A stretch of DNA of 64,000 bases from Takakia lepidozioides (lineage: Eukaryota; Plantae; Bryophyta). Below the pieces are notes generated by a model that saw only the letters and a list, made by a program, of their open reading frames with translations, had not been told where the DNA came from and made no database searches. A program made the translations under genes and the position numbers. Of this stretch, positions 61,501 through 64,000 are shown one piece after another (the first letter of the stretch is position 1; every line of letters begins with the position of its first letter). The stretch covers positions 65,410,001 through 65,474,000 of the forward strand of contig CM060733.1 of the NCBI GenBank assembly GCA_030704615.1, in the 5' to 3' direction.

Positions 61501-63228
61501 AGTGTCTGTCCCCTCTTCTTCTGCCCAAACTGGGTGCAGGGTCTATGGCCACAAGGCTATGGCAAACGTCTTATGAGTAACATCTCTTTCTCTCTCTCTC
61601 TCAAAGTCACACCAGCCCTTATGTTTGCGGATGACTTCGCAGGCATAGGGGAGACTCCAACCAATCTCCAGGAGTTGATTGATTGCGCGAAGAGATACTT
61701 TGATCTTTGGGGGCTAGAGGCTAATGTCAGCAAATGTGCAGTGGTAGCATTCAACGACAGAGGAGAGGGAGGAAGTGATCTTAAGTGGCAGTGGGGTAGC
61801 CAAGAGATCCCGGTCCTCCCTTCCTACACTTACCTGGGCGTTGAGTTTTCCTCCAATTGTAATTGGGATGCACATATCCGGAAAGTTGTTCAAACTGGCA
61901 AGGGCAAAGCTCTGGGGCTCACTAAATTTTTCCACTGCAGAGGGGTCAACTCTGAGGTTAAGAAAACCATGCTTTGCCGCGTTATTAGACCTGCCTTGGA
62001 GTACGGATCTGCTATATGGGTTGATAACTCCAACCAGGCTAAGTCTCTAGAATCCATTCAAGTGGGGGTGCTTAAGGAGTGTATGTCAGCATGCTCCAAA
62101 ACAGCCAATGTGGCTGTTCGGGGTGAGTTTGGCATTCCGTCCTTAAGCTCCCGACGAGATGAATTCAAGGTCAGATGGTGGGGTCAGCTGCAACATATGC
62201 CCAACACCAGATATCCTAAGTTAATCGACTCTATATCTTGGAAACAGGACCACCCTGTCAAACAGGCTAAGTCCTGGCAGAAGAGAGTAGAAGAGATTCT
62301 CAAGGACCTGGACCTGGATCCGCAAGTCTTGACCTGCTGGATAAATCTGACTTAGAGGCTGTAGTGTCCGACGCCATGTCTGTTGCCATGAGATTGTCTG
62401 ATGAAAATGAAGTTAGGCAGAACTTCCCTGAACTTGTTTCCAGTCAGTGACATGGGGAGGACATCTTGGATGACCTCAAGGGTCTACCCACTCTCGGCAC
62501 TAGACTGAAATTTAAACTCAGGGCAGGAAGCCTACCTTTGAACAGCAAACAGAAGCAGAGAGGAAAGGGAGAGTGCAATTGCCCGTTGTGTGGGCAATCT
62601 GAAGACAGTATTCATTTTCTGATACACTGTCCAGGGTTCTCTCACCAAAGAGGCACTCTCTTCAAATCTATCAAGGGAATTGTGCCTGTACCCCTGTTTA
62701 CCAACTTTGAAAGTCTCGAGGCTGAGCCGAAAGCCCAGGCCCTCCTGAGGCCTAGTTTTTGGGCAAATCACACACAGCAGATTGATGCTTGTGTGAAGGG
62801 ATTTCTAGAGGATATCTGGAAAACCCGGATTAATTCTATATATCAAGGTAAGTCTTACTACCAACGTCAGCCCCTGACAGAGGTAGGTTCTGTCCCTTTT
62901 GTTCCCGCTCAAACTGGGCGCGGGGTCAATGGCCAGAAGGCTACGGCAAACAACGTCTTATGAGTACAATCTCTCAAAGTCACATACACACACATGCACC
63001 CCTGCAATAAAAATGCGTCAAAACCTTGGTGGTGCCTGTGGAGTTGATATACATGTAGATGGGTTTCTCTGGGTCTTCATACTGTAGGTAGAGCAACTCT
63101 GCCATAATGAGCTCTGTAACAGATGGAACCAATGACATGCCCAGAAAGACAATGCGGTTCTTGAAAAGATATGATGGCAAATCTGGTGGCGGCTGCTGGG
63201 TGGCATCTCCTCTTTGAAATGGAATTAC
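58578..63228 (-). CDS. CLPR4: Plastid Clp protease non-catalytic subunit ClpR4 (5' transit-peptide exon(s) not resolved)
   Basis: GT-AG exons 63228-63025, 60464-60409, 60227-60101, 59390-59313, 59081-58968 and 58649-58578 splice in frame: VIPFQRGDATQQPPPDLPSYLFKNRIV...GEKLGYETEAFAIYD...GNAWGEAALLL...IKQPIAQFRGQATD...PKYFSPDEAVEYGIIDKV...KAQLI*. Catalytic Ser and His are absent. Confidence 0.95.
61230..61600 (+). mobile_element. Old, internally deleted 3' remnant of the same LINE family, ending in a (TC)n tail
   Basis: Matches 62145-62300 and 62765-62970. Confidence 0.8.
61612..62969 (+). mobile_element. 5'-truncated non-LTR retrotransposon (RT plus C-terminal CCHC finger) in a ClpR4 intron, 15-bp TSD
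   Basis: LMFADD, NVSKC, YTYLGV, CPLC...EDSIHFLIHC. TCTCTCAAAGTCACA at 61597-61611 and 62970-62984. Confidence 0.9.
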
Positions 63229-63970
63229 CTGCCACAACACCATAGCAAGTCTAACCATAAGCAACCATAAGCAGGGTACAGTGGAATAGAAAGTTTCCCA
63301 CCCAGAAAATCCAATCACAGACACTGATGAGAATTTGGACAATACTGTGCGGCTCTAGGGCCTCCCACTTGTGCTAAACCCTAATCCAACTGGCCACTGC
63401 AGCTTAATGTCTAGTTTGAAGGAGATACTCTAGGCCTTATCTTCAGTGCAAAAGGTTTTCATTAATCTGAAATCAAACCAGAGACATGGCTAGTGGCAAA
63501 AACAACGGCACACTGTGTGCATCTGGGGAATTGATGAAGGATTTGTCTCCAATGTTCAAATTCTATTCTTCATGTTGTATGGGATTGGGAAGCTAGCCAC
63601 AAAGAACTTAACAGCTCCTGGTCAACAAGGTTCATATCATAAGTCGTCTGTTGGTTGCCAAATACTTGGTAGTGAGGTAATCGTGTGAGGTCACTGGCCC
63701 CTTAGAAAATCCTAGCTCAAACAAGAAACTGAAATAAGAAATCAACTATGGGTCCTTCAAAAGGAAAACAAAAAGGTCGCAGTGAGCGTGTCCTTCACCC
63801 CTATCCTGCCAACATCTTTCACCTTCTGAGACTTCGGAGGAGAGCGAGGCCAAATTGATAGGAGGAAAGCTTGTTACATAGATGCCAGACTTCGAGGCAT
63901 GGACCCAGCGGGACATAAACTCTCCCGTTAGATAACAATCTCAAAAACACCAGGTAACTCTCCTTTCAGA

Positions 63971-63995
63971 GGAGAGAGAGAGAGAGAGAGAGAGA
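63971..63995. repeat. (GA)n microsatellite
   Basis: Read directly. Confidence 0.95.
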
Positions 63996-64000
63996 TGTGA

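Noticed and set aside
58578-63228. Active ClpP protease or bacterial/plastid DNA
   Set aside because: Spliceosomal introns are present. The catalytic Ser and His positions read GNAWGE and IKQP, which matches ClpR4.
63229-64000. First ClpR4 exon (transit peptide)
   Set aside because: No convincing start codon and donor pair could be identified. It may lie beyond the window.

Overview
Eukaryotic land-plant nuclear DNA (spliced genes and a nuclear plastid-Clp gene; a non-seed plant is an inference only). About 58 kb is a nest of decayed transposons, and one host gene, ClpR4 (minus strand, 58.6-63.2 kb), carries two tandem LINE remnants in an intron. The main system is a large Mutator-like (MULE) family with GGGGGCTGCTATTTCATGAGC-type termini and an 8-bp TSD, present as five partial or nested copies. 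It carries a SWIM-type MULE transposase, a divergently transcribed multi-exon cargo gene that appears to fuse a ParB/Srx-like domain to a beta-class N4C/N6A DNA-methyltransferase-like domain, an unknown ~190-aa gene family, and kb-long arrays of a 22-bp palindrome (GGAAA-N3-GGYRCC-N3-TTTCC) whose N3 arms differ between subfamilies. A second composite region (hAT transposase, RING-H2 cargo, arrays of a different inverted motif) has a parallel layout. Two Ty3/Gypsy remnants, a Helitron fragment, a probable CACTA end and several satellites are also present. Domain calls come from motif recognition by eye, not from database searches.
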